Shown in pieces: positions 30,426 to 40,047 of a DNA stretch of 64,000 nucleotides. How positions within the stretch are numbered: the first letter of the stretch is position 1; each line of letters begins with the position of its first letter. The notes beneath the pieces were generated by a model. That model made no database searches, was not told where the DNA came from, and was given only the letters and a program-made list of their open reading frames with translations. The translations under genes and the position numbers were made by a program. This DNA comes from a virus, in IMG/VR virus record IMGVR_UViG_3300014208_000032, positions 1 to 64,000 of that record; one strand, given 5' to 3'.

Positions 30426-31061
30426 TTAGATAGCCAACTGTTTTTTATTCCATTCTCTTATCTTTGATATGAAATCAATCTCTGTTGTTTTAGTAAAAAT
30501 ATTATTTTCTGGAGTAGTGGTTCCGACAGACATTAAAATATTATATGTTTCAGTTTCTTTTTTTGTTTTTGCTTTCATTTTATAATCTTTCATTATCATT
30601 GAAACATCAACATCTTTATAAATTGTTTTTTTATCACATTCTTTTTTAAGAAGAATATAATTTCTTTCTATCCAAATTATAATTGTTTTTCTTACTCTCT
30701 TTGTTATTCCGTGATCTTTTTTGATATGGTAATAAAATTCAAGAAGGTTTTTTATAGAAGAAATTATTTTTGGAAACATTTCATAAAACACTTTCTTTGA
30801 CGGAACATTATTAGAGGAAAGAACAGATAATGTAATGAGTGATGGAAGATTTGTTTTGTTTTCTTTTAAGGAATCGAATAAAAATTGCCTTATTCTATCT
30901 GGATACATCGAACAGACGGAATAAAGCAATCTTTTATTAATATGTTGAAATCCGCTTTTAGTGGAATCCAAATTACCATTTATTATCCAATTCCTAACCT
31001 TATTTAATGTCAGGTCAGGAACGGATCTTTCTTTGAATTTTCTTCTTAGTATTTTAACCAA
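30426..31061 (-). CDS. Truncated TROVE/Ro60-like protein
   Basis: 'KVFYEMFPKII..IKNLLEFYYHIKKDHGITKRVRKTII.W' resembles the TROVE helical-repeat region. Confidence 0.4.
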   Translation of the reverse strand: MVKILRRKFKERSVPDLTLNKVRNWIINGNLDSTKSGFQHINKRLLYSVCSMYPDRIRQFLFDSLKENKTNLPSLITLSVLSSNNVPSKKVFYEMFPKIISSIKNLLEFYYHIKKDHGITKRVRKTIIIWIERNYILLKKECDKKTIYKDVDVSMIMKDYKMKAKTKKETETYNILMSVGTTTPENNIFTKTTEIDFISKIREWNKKQLAI

Positions 31062-31063
31062 TA

Positions 31064-32743
31064 TTAAACTCCAATTTTTTTGTTAAGTTCCTCTATTACT
31101 TTTCTTACTTCTACTTCATTTACGCCTTTAAGAGAACCTTCTCCTTGAAGTTTAAATGCACCAGTTGAATCTTTCATTTTAGTGCTTATTCTTGAAAGAT
31201 ATTTACCTAATTTTGATCCTATTTCTTTTCTCATTTCTTTTTTCTTGTCTTCGTCTTTGACTCTATTCACTCTTGCCATTAGTTTATCAAAAGCATCACT
31301 AACAATTTGTCTAATTCTTTGCATTTCTTTTTGTTCTGGGTTTACTTCGCCTTTTTTTAAGTCAGTAAGGAGTTCGTTTGGTGTTTTTGGAATTGCTTTA
31401 TGTTTTTTGATAATATCAGCCATTTCACTTTTAGAAAGAGGGGTTTCTTTTTCCTCATCCTTATTTAATAACCCTGCTTTTCTGTCTTTTAATTGTTTAT
31501 TTTTTTCTTCCATATCTCTAGTGTTTTTTGCTTGCAAATCTAAGAGTTTTCCAACAGAAGTTTTTCTCAAAGTTTTCTCTTGTTTTATAAAATTGTCAAT
31601 AAGAAAATCAAGTTTTTTTGCCACAGAAATAATATCTTCTTTTTTCTTAATCGTAGGGAGGTCAATAATTCTTTGTGTATTATCTCCTGCTTTTGTTGAT
31701 ATATTTTTTGCTTCTTTTTTAGAGGCAACGATATCCATCCCTTTTTCTGTAAAAGCATCAACTGTTTCATTATATTTCTCTAAAAAATCATAAACTGGTT
31801 TTAAGTGTTTAATTATATTTTCTAGTCCAACATATTTAACTTCTAAATCAATTATTCCAGTAGGGGTTTTTGTTGATATTTTACCTCTTGTTAGTGGTTC
31901 TATTAATTCTTTTAACTCTTCTAATTTTGCTTCTCTTTTTATGCTGTCTTCTTTTTCTGTTGAATTAAAATCAATATTTGATATATCTACTTTTTTTATT
32001 AATATGTTATCTTTGTTTACACCTTGGGTTGATTTAGATTGTTTTTTGAAACTGGAAACATTTTTAAAATCAGCCATAATTTCATCATAATCTTTAACTA
32101 CATCTTTTGAAACTTTTGCTAAAAATTTAAACAATCTAATTTTTTCTTCTGTTCCTAAAACTCTTCTTGCTTTTTGAAAATCTTCTACTGATTTTGCTAG
32201 TTCTTTTTCTTTTTCACTATTTGCTGTCTTCAAAAGATCATCAACAACTTCTCCATAGTTTGTTAAAAATTCTCTAACTTTTGCTAGATCGCTATTTTCA
32301 AAGGATGTTTTTCCAGAGATTTCATTTAAATCATCAGATAATTTCTTTCTAAAATTATATTCTTCTTCTGCTGATTTTTCTGTTCTTCCTGTTTCGTGTT
32401 TCCCTTTTTGTTGAAGAACACTTTCTCCTTGTCCTCCGACAGCAACAACTTTTACTTTATCTTCTTTGGTTGCTTCCCCTGCATATTTTTTTACAAGTTC
32501 TTCGTTTCCACTTAATCCAAGTTCTGAGATTCCAGATAAAAACGGAGATGTTAAACTACCATTAGTGTTATACATTCTAACGGATTTTCTTTTAGCAAAA
32601 TCAACAACGAACTTTATTTTTTCTTCTTTCCCTTCTATTTTAGAAAGATCAATTTCGCTATACCATTTTCCCTTGCCGATTGCTTTGCCGTAAGCAGCAC
32701 CACCAACAGCCATCTCATTTAAAAATTCTTTAAAACTTTTCAT
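31064..32743 (-). CDS. Large Lys/Glu-rich helical putative head-internal protein (MKSFKEFLNE tag)
   Basis: N-terminal tag; coiled-coil composition. Confidence 0.55.
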   Translation of the reverse strand: MKSFKEFLNEMAVGGAAYGKAIGKGKWYSEIDLSKIEGKEEKIKFVVDFAKRKSVRMYNTNGSLTSPFLSGISELGLSGNEELVKKYAGEATKEDKVKVVAVGGQGESVLQQKGKHETGRTEKSAEEEYNFRKKLSDDLNEISGKTSFENSDLAKVREFLTNYGEVVDDLLKTANSEKEKELAKSVEDFQKARRVLGTEEKIRLFKFLAKVSKDVVKDYDEIMADFKNVSSFKKQSKSTQGVNKDNILIKKVDISNIDFNSTEKEDSIKREAKLEELKELIEPLTRGKISTKTPTGIIDLEVKYVGLENIIKHLKPVYDFLEKYNETVDAFTEKGMDIVASKKEAKNISTKAGDNTQRIIDLPTIKKKEDIISVAKKLDFLIDNFIKQEKTLRKTSVGKLLDLQAKNTRDMEEKNKQLKDRKAGLLNKDEEKETPLSKSEMADIIKKHKAIPKTPNELLTDLKKGEVNPEQKEMQRIRQIVSDAFDKLMARVNRVKDEDKKKEMRKEIGSKLGKYLSRISTKMKDSTGAFKLQGEGSLKGVNEVEVRKVIEELNKKIGV

Positions 32744-33399
32744 TATCTATTTTCCCTATTGGCGTCAACAGTTTTAAAAACTTTTCCTGCTGGAACTTTT
32801 ATTTTACTAGCATTAGCTAAATGCTCTTGGCTATCATCAACAAATTTTACTACTTTGTATTTGCTTAAAAACTTTTCAAGTTGTGGATTTTTATTATAAC
32901 CTTTATAAATACCTTCGGCTCTTTTTTTCTCGTCATTGATTGCGTGAATGTTTGCTGGATTAAGTTTGGGAACCATAACTAATTTATCCCCTACTTTTGC
33001 TCTCAGCCAATCTCTAATGGCTTGTTTAACGGAATCTTCTACACCTCTGGCGGTTATTATGCCAACATGCCATCCTGCCTTTACGTGCCTATCCAACATC
33101 TTTAAAACAGGAAGCTTCCCTTTCCCGTAAACAATACTGGTATAAATTTTATCCGGATCTCGAAATTCTCTAAAATCCCAAGTTTCACCGTTTTTAGTTG
33201 ATAGTTTCTTTTGTTCTTTTGTCATTCCATCATATTGTTCTGGGGTTAATTTGTTAATATCTTTTTTGCCTGTTGGATCTTTTAAATAGATAAAAATATC
33301 CTTTGCTGTCAGCAAAGTATTATCAATATCAAAAACAATAATTTTATCATTAGTTCTTTTGTCTTGAAGTTCTTCGTTTAATAAATCTTTAATTGTCAT
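32743..33399 (-). CDS. HAD-superfamily phosphatase
   Basis: Motif I 'VFDIDNTL', motif II 'ITARG', motif IV 'FVDDS'; N-terminus MTIKDLLNE. Confidence 0.8.
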   Translation of the reverse strand: MTIKDLLNEELQDKRTNDKIIVFDIDNTLLTAKDIFIYLKDPTGKKDINKLTPEQYDGMTKEQKKLSTKNGETWDFREFRDPDKIYTSIVYGKGKLPVLKMLDRHVKAGWHVGIITARGVEDSVKQAIRDWLRAKVGDKLVMVPKLNPANIHAINDEKKRAEGIYKGYNKNPQLEKFLSKYKVVKFVDDSQEHLANASKIKVPAGKVFKTVDANRENR

Positions 33400-33438
33400 T
33401 TAATTTCCTCGTTTGAATTATCTTGACAATTAGTAAAT

Positions 33439-33463
33439 AAAAAACCCACAATTAAGTGGGTTT
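33439..33463 (-). terminator. Terminator
   Basis: AAACCCAC-aattaa-GTGGGTTT. Confidence 0.7.
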
Positions 33464-33469
33464 GATTTT

Positions 33470-33841
33470 TTATTCTTCCATAAAAGGTTTAAGCAACATT
33501 ACATCTCGAACCGTAAATCCCGATTCTAAAGCTTCTATTTCAATTTTGTATTGAAACACATTATCCTTAGTAAGTAAATCTGCTAAATCATTATTAAATT
33601 CTTTAACAAGTTCTTGTTTAACTCTAATATTCCCATCTTCGCCGGTTTCTCCGTATTTTTTAATAAGATCGACGCGAACTTTATCAATCAACCTATATTC
33701 GTCTGTTGTTTCAAGAACAAATCTTGCCAAAGAAAGCAACACAGAACCACGAACATTTTCAATTGCTTCAATTTTTGAAATAATTGAATCTCCATCTTCG
33801 TTTGGTTGAAACAAATTCCAAATATCAACATTTTTAACCAT
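33470..33841 (-). CDS. Hypothetical phage protein
   Basis: RBS GGAG; 'LIKKYGE..EDG' motif. Confidence 0.6.
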   Translation of the reverse strand: MVKNVDIWNLFQPNEDGDSIISKIEAIENVRGSVLLSLARFVLETTDEYRLIDKVRVDLIKKYGETGEDGNIRVKQELVKEFNNDLADLLTKDNVFQYKIEIEALESGFTVRDVMLLKPFMEE

Positions 33842-33911
33842 ATTTTCTCCTATAATATATAATTATGATTTAAGACGTTAAGATAATTTATATTAGCAGG
33901 AGAAATAAAAA

Positions 33912-34448
33912 ATGGATTTTAAAGAAAAAGTTTTGGAATTACTTGAAGGAATTGTTAATCCAGATTTAAACAAAGTTTATGGTGGCAAGAAAACTGGAGC
34001 TGCTTATGTGAACAAACAAGGAACAAGAATTTCTCTTGGTGCGGATGTTCCAAAAGATATTGTTCTTTGGATTAGAAAAAAAAATAAAGATGGCGTTCCT
34101 GTTGGAACAATTACTAATCAATTAAAAATCCACATTGAAAGATGGTTAACCAATCCTAAAAACAAAGAAGTATTAGCAAAGAAATATCAAGAACTTGTTG
34201 GTAAAGATTTTCTCACACAAGAAGAGGCACTAAGAAAACCTGGTGGAATAGCTTCTGAACTTATTGAAATTGTTTTAAAAGGAAGAACCACAAAAGAAGG
34301 AGTTGCTGCGAAAGCAAAACAACAACCAATAACTAAGGTTTTTAATAAAGAAAAAGATTTTGAAGAAAGAGTTAAAAGACAGATGATTAAAAATCCAAAA
34401 TTATCAGAAAAACAAATTCGCTCTTCTTTGGGAAGGATTTTTAAATGA
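33912..34448 (+). CDS. Hypothetical basic protein (MDFKEKVLELLE tag)
   Basis: Late promoter AAGATAAT at 33880-33887; RBS AGGAG. Confidence 0.6.
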   Translation: MDFKEKVLELLEGIVNPDLNKVYGGKKTGAAYVNKQGTRISLGADVPKDIVLWIRKKNKDGVPVGTITNQLKIHIERWLTNPKNKEVLAKKYQELVGKDFLTQEEALRKPGGIASELIEIVLKGRTTKEGVAAKAKQQPITKVFNKEKDFEERVKRQMIKNPKLSEKQIRSSLGRIFK

Positions 34449-34798
34449 AAGGATTTATGGAAAAAAATAGAACAAAGATTATTGTCATTGTTGCTGTTTT
34501 GATTCTTGCAGCATCTGGAATCTGGGGATATAATTCTTATACCAACAATGGTTTGTTCGAAAAGTTTTGGAAATTCAACAAACAAACCACACAACAAAAC
34601 GAACTTGTTTTGCAAAATTTCCCCAAAAAAATCTCTGACCCGTTTGTTGATGGAATTTCTCCAAAACAGTTGGAAACTGTAGACACTATCTTTGATTTAG
34701 TTTTCAAATATATAGATAAGATATTATCATCATTAGCAACACTATTCGGCTTATTTGTTCTTTATAAAGAAATTAAAAAAGGAAAAAGGAAAACATAA
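34445..34798 (+). CDS. Two-TM membrane protein, possible holin
   Basis: Two hydrophobic segments, basic C-terminal tail; precedes a putative endolysin. Confidence 0.45.
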   Translation: MKGFMEKNRTKIIVIVAVLILAASGIWGYNSYTNNGLFEKFWKFNKQTTQQNELVLQNFPKKISDPFVDGISPKQLETVDTIFDLVFKYIDKILSSLATLFGLFVLYKEIKKGKRKT

Positions 34799-34799
34799 A

Positions 34800-35294
34800 A
34801 TGACAAGACAAAAAAACTCAAAACTATATCCAGTTATTCAAAAAGAGGGCTGTTATATGCTATCTGGAATGAGAAAAGTTCAACTAATTACGGGAGATAA
34901 ATTTGATTTTGATAATCCAGAATTTGTTAATAAAACTTATGACGAACTATTAAAAAAAGAAATTATTAATTCAAGATGTTTAATGCAATCTCCTACTAAA
35001 TTTTTTGAATATTTTAATTTAGATATTAGACAAAGAGTAAGGGCAGACGGAGTAGTTTTTGAATCTACCTATATTCCTTTTGAAAATGAATTTGAAGTTC
35101 TTTGTTTTAAAACAAGTGTTCTTCTTGGAAATTACACGCATTTTGTTCTTGGTAATGGGAAAGGTGGAATAGAGTTTGATCCAATGGGAGAAAGTGATGC
35201 TAAACCTTTTGGTTATGTTTGTAACAAAGGAAAATTAAGTTCTAAAAGAATATTTAGTGTATTAAAATTTGGATCTGAGAAAAAGGAAATTTAA
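34800..35294 (+). CDS. DUF261-like papain-fold (C39-like) peptidase, putative endolysin
   Basis: 'IQKEGCYMLS' (Cys), 'THFVL' (His), 'FDP' (Asp). Confidence 0.55.
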   Translation: MTRQKNSKLYPVIQKEGCYMLSGMRKVQLITGDKFDFDNPEFVNKTYDELLKKEIINSRCLMQSPTKFFEYFNLDIRQRVRADGVVFESTYIPFENEFEVLCFKTSVLLGNYTHFVLGNGKGGIEFDPMGESDAKPFGYVCNKGKLSSKRIFSVLKFGSEKKEI

Positions 35295-35893
35295 TGTGGA
35301 AGAAAATTCTATATTTGCCAAAATTAAAAAAAATATTATTTTTATCTTTGTTGTTGTTATTCTTACAATCACAATCGTTGTCGCAGGATATTATTCTATT
35401 ACAAACGGTTCCAACGGAAAAATTGATACCCTTAGTGCTTCAATATCAACAGATAGCAAAAGACTTGAAGAGTCAATCAGACGATTTGAAGAAACAACTG
35501 GACGAATTAATAAACAACTCACAGATATCGGAGCAGAAATTTCAGGAATTAAATCAGAGATATCAAAACTTGGAGTCCAGACGAGCAATATTAGAGAAAC
35601 AGTCAGAGGATTTGGTAAAACTTTCGGAGAATTTGGCAATGAACTCAATAGGTTTGGAAACTCATTATCAGATATTAAGTCAAGAGTTTCAGGTATTCAA
35701 TCAGGACTTTCAAACATTCAAACAGGACTTGATGACTTTGATGTCGCAAATAAAAAATTTAGTGATATTATCAACGGAAATTAACAACCAGAATAAATTT
35801 TTAACAAACGCTGTCGTTATTGGTGGCAGCGTTGTTGGTGGCTTAGTAGCTGTAGATGTTATTATAAATATACTACTGCTTTTAAAAAAGTAA
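35294..35893 (+). CDS. Signal peptide + coiled coil + C-terminal TM protein (spanin-like, frame 1 of an overlapping pair)
   Basis: 'LFLSLLLLFLQSQSLS' signal, heptad repeats, C-terminal 'AVVIGGSVVGGLVAV' TM. Confidence 0.55.
   Translation: MWKKILYLPKLKKILFLSLLLLFLQSQSLSQDIILLQTVPTEKLIPLVLQYQQIAKDLKSQSDDLKKQLDELINNSQISEQKFQELNQRYQNLESRRAILEKQSEDLVKLSENLAMNSIGLETHYQILSQEFQVFNQDFQTFKQDLMTLMSQIKNLVILSTEINNQNKFLTNAVVIGGSVVGGLVAVDVIINILLLLKK
35296..35784 (+). CDS. N-terminal TM + coiled-coil protein (i-spanin-like, overlapping frame; GTG start)
   Basis: 'IIFIFVVVILTITIVVAGYY' TM then regular heptads; GTG at 35296 overlaps ATG at 35294. Confidence 0.55.
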   Translation: MEENSIFAKIKKNIIFIFVVVILTITIVVAGYYSITNGSNGKIDTLSASISTDSKRLEESIRRFEETTGRINKQLTDIGAEISGIKSEISKLGVQTSNIRETVRGFGKTFGEFGNELNRFGNSLSDIKSRVSGIQSGLSNIQTGLDDFDVANKKFSDIINGN

Positions 35894-35968
35894 TTCTTTT
35901 AATTGTAAATAACCTAAGTACTCTTTTGTATTTAGGTTTTATTTTAGGTAATCTCGTGTAAATTGGCA

Positions 35969-36310
35969 CTAAATCCTCCCGTAATCATCTTCTAATTTAA
36001 GAGTATCCTCCTTTTCTAAATTTCCTTTTTGAATTTCTAATATTATTAAACTATTGTCTTTATCTGGATTATAAATTCTATGTAAATTATTTTTAATAAT
36101 ATTTATTATATCTTCTTCACAAAAAATATCTATTTTGTCATCTATTTCATATACGGCAGTTCCGTTTAATATATAATTTTTTTCATCTTTAAGGTTGTGT
36201 AAATGTAAACTTGTTCTTTGTTTTGGGTTAATTGTAGTTAAAGATACTTTCTTTTCTTTTGATGAGAATAATATTATTTTTTCACCCCAAGGTTTTTCTA
36301 TCTTTTCCAT
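35969..36310 (-). CDS. Cupin (mannose-6-phosphate isomerase type II-like)
   Basis: 'EKPWG', 'RTSLHLH..KDE', 'HRIYN', 'LEIQ.G...ED..ED.YGR'. Confidence 0.8.
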   Translation of the reverse strand: MEKIEKPWGEKIILFSSKEKKVSLTTINPKQRTSLHLHNLKDEKNYILNGTAVYEIDDKIDIFCEEDIINIIKNNLHRIYNPDKDNSLIILEIQKGNLEKEDTLKLEDDYGRI

Positions 36311-36316
36311 AATAGT

Positions 36317-36343
36317 ATTATCTTTTCAAGCTGCCAAGATAAT
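36317..36343. promoter_or_regulatory. Back-to-back divergent late promoters (AAGATAAT on each strand)
   Basis: 36317-36324 (-) and 36336-36343 (+). Confidence 0.55.
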
Positions 36344-36379
36344 ACTATGAGATGAAAAACTCAAAAAGGAATAAAAAAA

Positions 36380-36841
36380 ATGGCAACACTAAGAGAAATT
36401 TTTGAAGAGACATTAAACGAAGAACTTGGATCTAAAAACGGAAAAATGAGATTGGCAGACAGAGATGCTTTTTCAGAACTAGTAGGTAATTTAAACCCAA
36501 AAACAAAATCAAGTTTGTTGTCTACTATTGCAAACGGAACAAATGATCAAATTTTTGCAGCACTAAAAGCTGCGTCTACTGGTATGCCTTATAATAAAAG
36601 GATTGATGAAATCAAAGAAGCTGGTGATTTTGATAAATTTATCAACTCCATCAAAGGAATGAAAACAACTGAATCAAAAGTTGTTGTTTCTTATGACAGA
36701 AACAAATCATCTACATTTAGAAAAAACTTAAAAGATACCAGAAACCAATTTGCCGATAAAGTTGCCACTGATGCAGAAAAACGCCCTGCTTTTTCAAAAA
36801 AAACAGACCTTGCAAATAAAATAAAGGGTGATTGTAAATAA
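36380..36841 (+). CDS. Hypothetical protein (MATLREIFEETLNE tag)
   Basis: RBS AAGGA; first gene of the SBP operon. Confidence 0.6.
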   Translation: MATLREIFEETLNEELGSKNGKMRLADRDAFSELVGNLNPKTKSSLLSTIANGTNDQIFAALKAASTGMPYNKRIDEIKEAGDFDKFINSIKGMKTTESKVVVSYDRNKSSTFRKNLKDTRNQFADKVATDAEKRPAFSKKTDLANKIKGDCK

Positions 36842-36842
36842 A

Positions 36843-37622
36843 ATGAAAAAATTATTGTTAATACTATTAACATTATTTTTTTCTTGCACTAGTAATGTTA
36901 AAGACGAAAAAACTATAACATTTGTTATTAACCCTTGGTTTCCGTATGAACTATGGAACGAAGAGGATAAAAAAATAGAAGGTGCAACTGGAGAATATGT
37001 TGATTTAGTTTTTAGAGAACTTGGATATAAAACAGAATTTATTGTTGAGCCAAAATTTGATAGAGCTCTTTATATGGTATCAGTTGGAGAGGTTGATGCA
37101 GTTTATACTTTATTAAAAACAGAAGAGAGGACAAAAACAATGTTGTTTTCTACTTCTATAATTACTCCCTATGAATCAATGTTTTATATTAACAAAACAA
37201 AACATCCAAACTTAGTTAACGCAGATATTTATTCCACGAAAGAACAACTTATATTTGGTTCTCTAACTGGGGAAACAGAAACAGCTATTACTGTAAATTC
37301 TAACCCTAATTTTACATTCATCAGAACGTTTGAAAAATATCAGGATTTAATGTATTCATTGGATGCAAATATAATCAATATTGCTTTTATGGAAAAGTAT
37401 AATGGAATTTATGAATATAATCAATATAAAAAAAATAACACCTTGTCAACATTTGAACTATCCAGCACTAATAATACCTCTAGACAAGATTTAAAAATAG
37501 CTTTTACAAAAAATGATCGAGGAGAAAGATTTCAGAAAGATTTTGATTTAAAAAACTTAGAGTTAAAAAAAACAAACATTCTTGAAAAATTATTTGAAAA
37601 ATATGTAGGAAAATTAAATTGA
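36843..37622 (+). CDS. Solute-binding protein family 3 lipoprotein
   Basis: Lipobox 'LLTLFFSC'; 'PWFPYE...EG...LVFRELGY', 'RALYMV..GEVDA', 'KTEER', 'IAFTK'. Confidence 0.8.
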   Translation: MKKLLLILLTLFFSCTSNVKDEKTITFVINPWFPYELWNEEDKKIEGATGEYVDLVFRELGYKTEFIVEPKFDRALYMVSVGEVDAVYTLLKTEERTKTMLFSTSIITPYESMFYINKTKHPNLVNADIYSTKEQLIFGSLTGETETAITVNSNPNFTFIRTFEKYQDLMYSLDANIINIAFMEKYNGIYEYNQYKKNNTLSTFELSSTNNTSRQDLKIAFTKNDRGERFQKDFDLKNLELKKTNILEKLFEKYVGKLN

Positions 37623-38407
37623 TTACAACAGGTCTTATGGGATCTTTTATGCTAGATTTTTTTTTACTAATCTCTTTGTTTTCAATAAGTGTTTTGAGTT
37701 TTAATAAATATTTTATAGAATTATTTTATGAAAATCTAAAAATAGGTTCTAAAAAAATATCTGCAAAAAAAGAATACAACACATCTGCTTTGTGTCTTGG
37801 TTTTCTTTATTTGTCTTATTTTTTCGAGAGTTTTTTTGAAGGAATTAATTCAAGTGGTGTTTATTTTATTTTACCATTCTTAATAAAACTGTCTAATTAT
37901 GATATTAGGTTTTTTCTGTACTTGTTTGATATTATTTCTATATTTTTTTTGGGAATAGTTTTAACAAAAATCACTCAAAGATACTTTAATAGTTTTAAAC
38001 AATCAAACAATTTATTAATGATAAAATTTATTATTGTAATCACTATTTTTTTGTTTATTTTAGATTCTTTTCTTAAAACAAACTATATTCATCAAACCCT
38101 TCATATTATACAAAAAATTTTGATATTCATATTTTTTCACTTTATTTATATTAACAAGAACAAAGCTCTTGAAACAGATTTTTCTATTTACTATAGAATT
38201 GGTTTTGTTTTACTTATTTCTTATTTATTTACTTGTTCTGTCATTTACATTTCTTCTGTGACTTTATATTTAGGCGTGTTTTTAACAATACATAATATTG
38301 CAAACGTTATAGAAAAAATAATTGTTCTCTTGTTTGGTATATTACTAACAATAATAATAGAAAAAGATGTTGGAAAAATTAGGATAAAATATGATAGAAA
38401 TAATTGA
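37619..38407 (+). CDS. Multi-pass (~7-8 TM) membrane protein
   Basis: Repeated hydrophobic segments; overlaps the SBP stop. Confidence 0.7.
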   Translation: MITTGLMGSFMLDFFLLISLFSISVLSFNKYFIELFYENLKIGSKKISAKKEYNTSALCLGFLYLSYFFESFFEGINSSGVYFILPFLIKLSNYDIRFFLYLFDIISIFFLGIVLTKITQRYFNSFKQSNNLLMIKFIIVITIFLFILDSFLKTNYIHQTLHIIQKILIFIFFHFIYINKNKALETDFSIYYRIGFVLLISYLFTCSVIYISSVTLYLGVFLTIHNIANVIEKIIVLLFGILLTIIIEKDVGKIRIKYDRNN

Positions 38408-39170
38408 TTTTATAAACAGACTCTCTCTTCCTTTTGTTTTTGGGTTTATATTTAGCACTGCAGTTGTTTCTGTGAGTTTGATTTATCTTTTTTTGTATGA
38501 ATCTATTAATCCAATAAAAAAAATAATAAATTCCTTTCTGGTTATTTTGTCGTATATTGCCTTACTTTTTTCTCTTGTTTTAGAGTATAATTATGTTTTG
38601 ATAATAAATCAATTCACAACTTTCTTATTAGACCCTAAGCATACAATTTATTATATTACATATTTAAATCTTTTCTTTTATATTATTCATTATAAAGTAA
38701 TTAGTGAAAATCTTGTTAAAAATAAAACTTATCAAAAAATAGGATTTTTTGTAAATTATGGAGTTCTTCTTGTTGTTCTGTTATCAACAACTCTTAATGA
38801 TTATGAATATTACTTTATATTTGTTGTTTTGTTTTTAATCACTTTATTTATTAATTTTTTCTTTTGGTTAAAATGTTTTAAAAGCAAGTCGTTTGCTGTA
38901 ATGACTTTTATAATAACTCTTTTTAGTTTTGTTTTTTTTATGTTTAAAACAGGATATTTGTTCGGACTAACATTTAATTCATTTCAAATGCTTTATTTTT
39001 TAAATGCTTATAAGTGGGTAATATTTACAATCTATCCTATTTTATTAGGAATTGGAATCTCTTATTATAACTTTCTCATAGTAAAAAGTTATGATATAGA
39101 CAAAAATAATAACAATAAACTTAACTCGTTTAAATTTATTAAAGTTAAACCAGAGGAAAAAAAGGTTTAA
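38391..39170 (+). CDS. Multi-pass (~7 TM) membrane protein
   Basis: Repeated hydrophobic segments; overlaps the previous gene. Confidence 0.7.
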   Translation: MIEIIDFINRLSLPFVFGFIFSTAVVSVSLIYLFLYESINPIKKIINSFLVILSYIALLFSLVLEYNYVLIINQFTTFLLDPKHTIYYITYLNLFFYIIHYKVISENLVKNKTYQKIGFFVNYGVLLVVLLSTTLNDYEYYFIFVVLFLITLFINFFFWLKCFKSKSFAVMTFIITLFSFVFFMFKTGYLFGLTFNSFQMLYFLNAYKWVIFTIYPILLGIGISYYNFLIVKSYDIDKNNNNKLNSFKFIKVKPEEKKV

Positions 39171-39173
39171 TAA

Positions 39174-40040
39174 ATGCTAGAATCATATTTCACTTGGATT
39201 TCAACACTAGAACAAGGGACAGGAATATTTGTCTTTTTTCTCTCTGTATTGTTAGCTTTTATTTTGCTAGTTTTTTCTATTAGAATAACTCTAAACGCTT
39301 TGGCAGTTTTAGCTAGTAAAATACCAGCAAAAAAAAGAGCAGGAATTCTTTTTAAAATAATTAATATATTTGTCGGGAAAAAATCCGAAAAAGATGATGA
39401 AGAAGAAAAAGATGATACAATGAGTATTTCTAATTCTATTGATACTACGGAAGTTGTTCTTATGATTTCTAATATATTAATTTTCAAAGAAGAAGAAAAA
39501 AAATTAGAAAAAGAATTTATGATCACTAGTATTAAATTAGTAGACCAAACAATGAAAACAGAACTTGCAAAAACAATTAGAGAAATGATTTATGTATCAG
39601 ATCCTGTTTTTTATGCGGAGGAAACAGAATTTTTGGGTCTTTATACGGAAGCTATTGCTCTTTCTATGGATGAGGTTTTAAAAGATGCTATTAGAGAAAA
39701 TGGGTTAGATAAATACACTGACTCAATTGCTAAAAAAAATTATATCGACTTGAAAATACTTGATATTATTAATTTAATAACTTATAAATTAATTGGTGTT
39801 GTAAAAAAAATGGCAAAGAGAGAAAATAAAGAATTTCTCTCTTATTTAGAAAGCACTAAATTTTATATAGAATTAAGAAGATTGTTTGTTGATCTATTTG
39901 AAAAACTCATTGTGTTTGCTATCGAAAAAGAAGCAAAAAGAACAATCATGAAAGAAAAAATCATTGAAACATTCACAACAATTTCAGAGACATCTGAAAG
40001 TTCGATCAAAATAATAAAAAATTTAATGTTTATTAAATAA
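39174..40040 (+). CDS. N-terminally membrane-anchored helical protein
   Basis: TM at aa ~17-47 followed by ~220-aa soluble helical domain. Confidence 0.65.
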   Translation: MLESYFTWISTLEQGTGIFVFFLSVLLAFILLVFSIRITLNALAVLASKIPAKKRAGILFKIINIFVGKKSEKDDEEEKDDTMSISNSIDTTEVVLMISNILIFKEEEKKLEKEFMITSIKLVDQTMKTELAKTIREMIYVSDPVFYAEETEFLGLYTEAIALSMDEVLKDAIRENGLDKYTDSIAKKNYIDLKILDIINLITYKLIGVVKKMAKRENKEFLSYLESTKFYIELRRLFVDLFEKLIVFAIEKEAKRTIMKEKIIETFTTISETSESSIKIIKNLMFIK

Positions 40041-40047
40041 AAAATAA

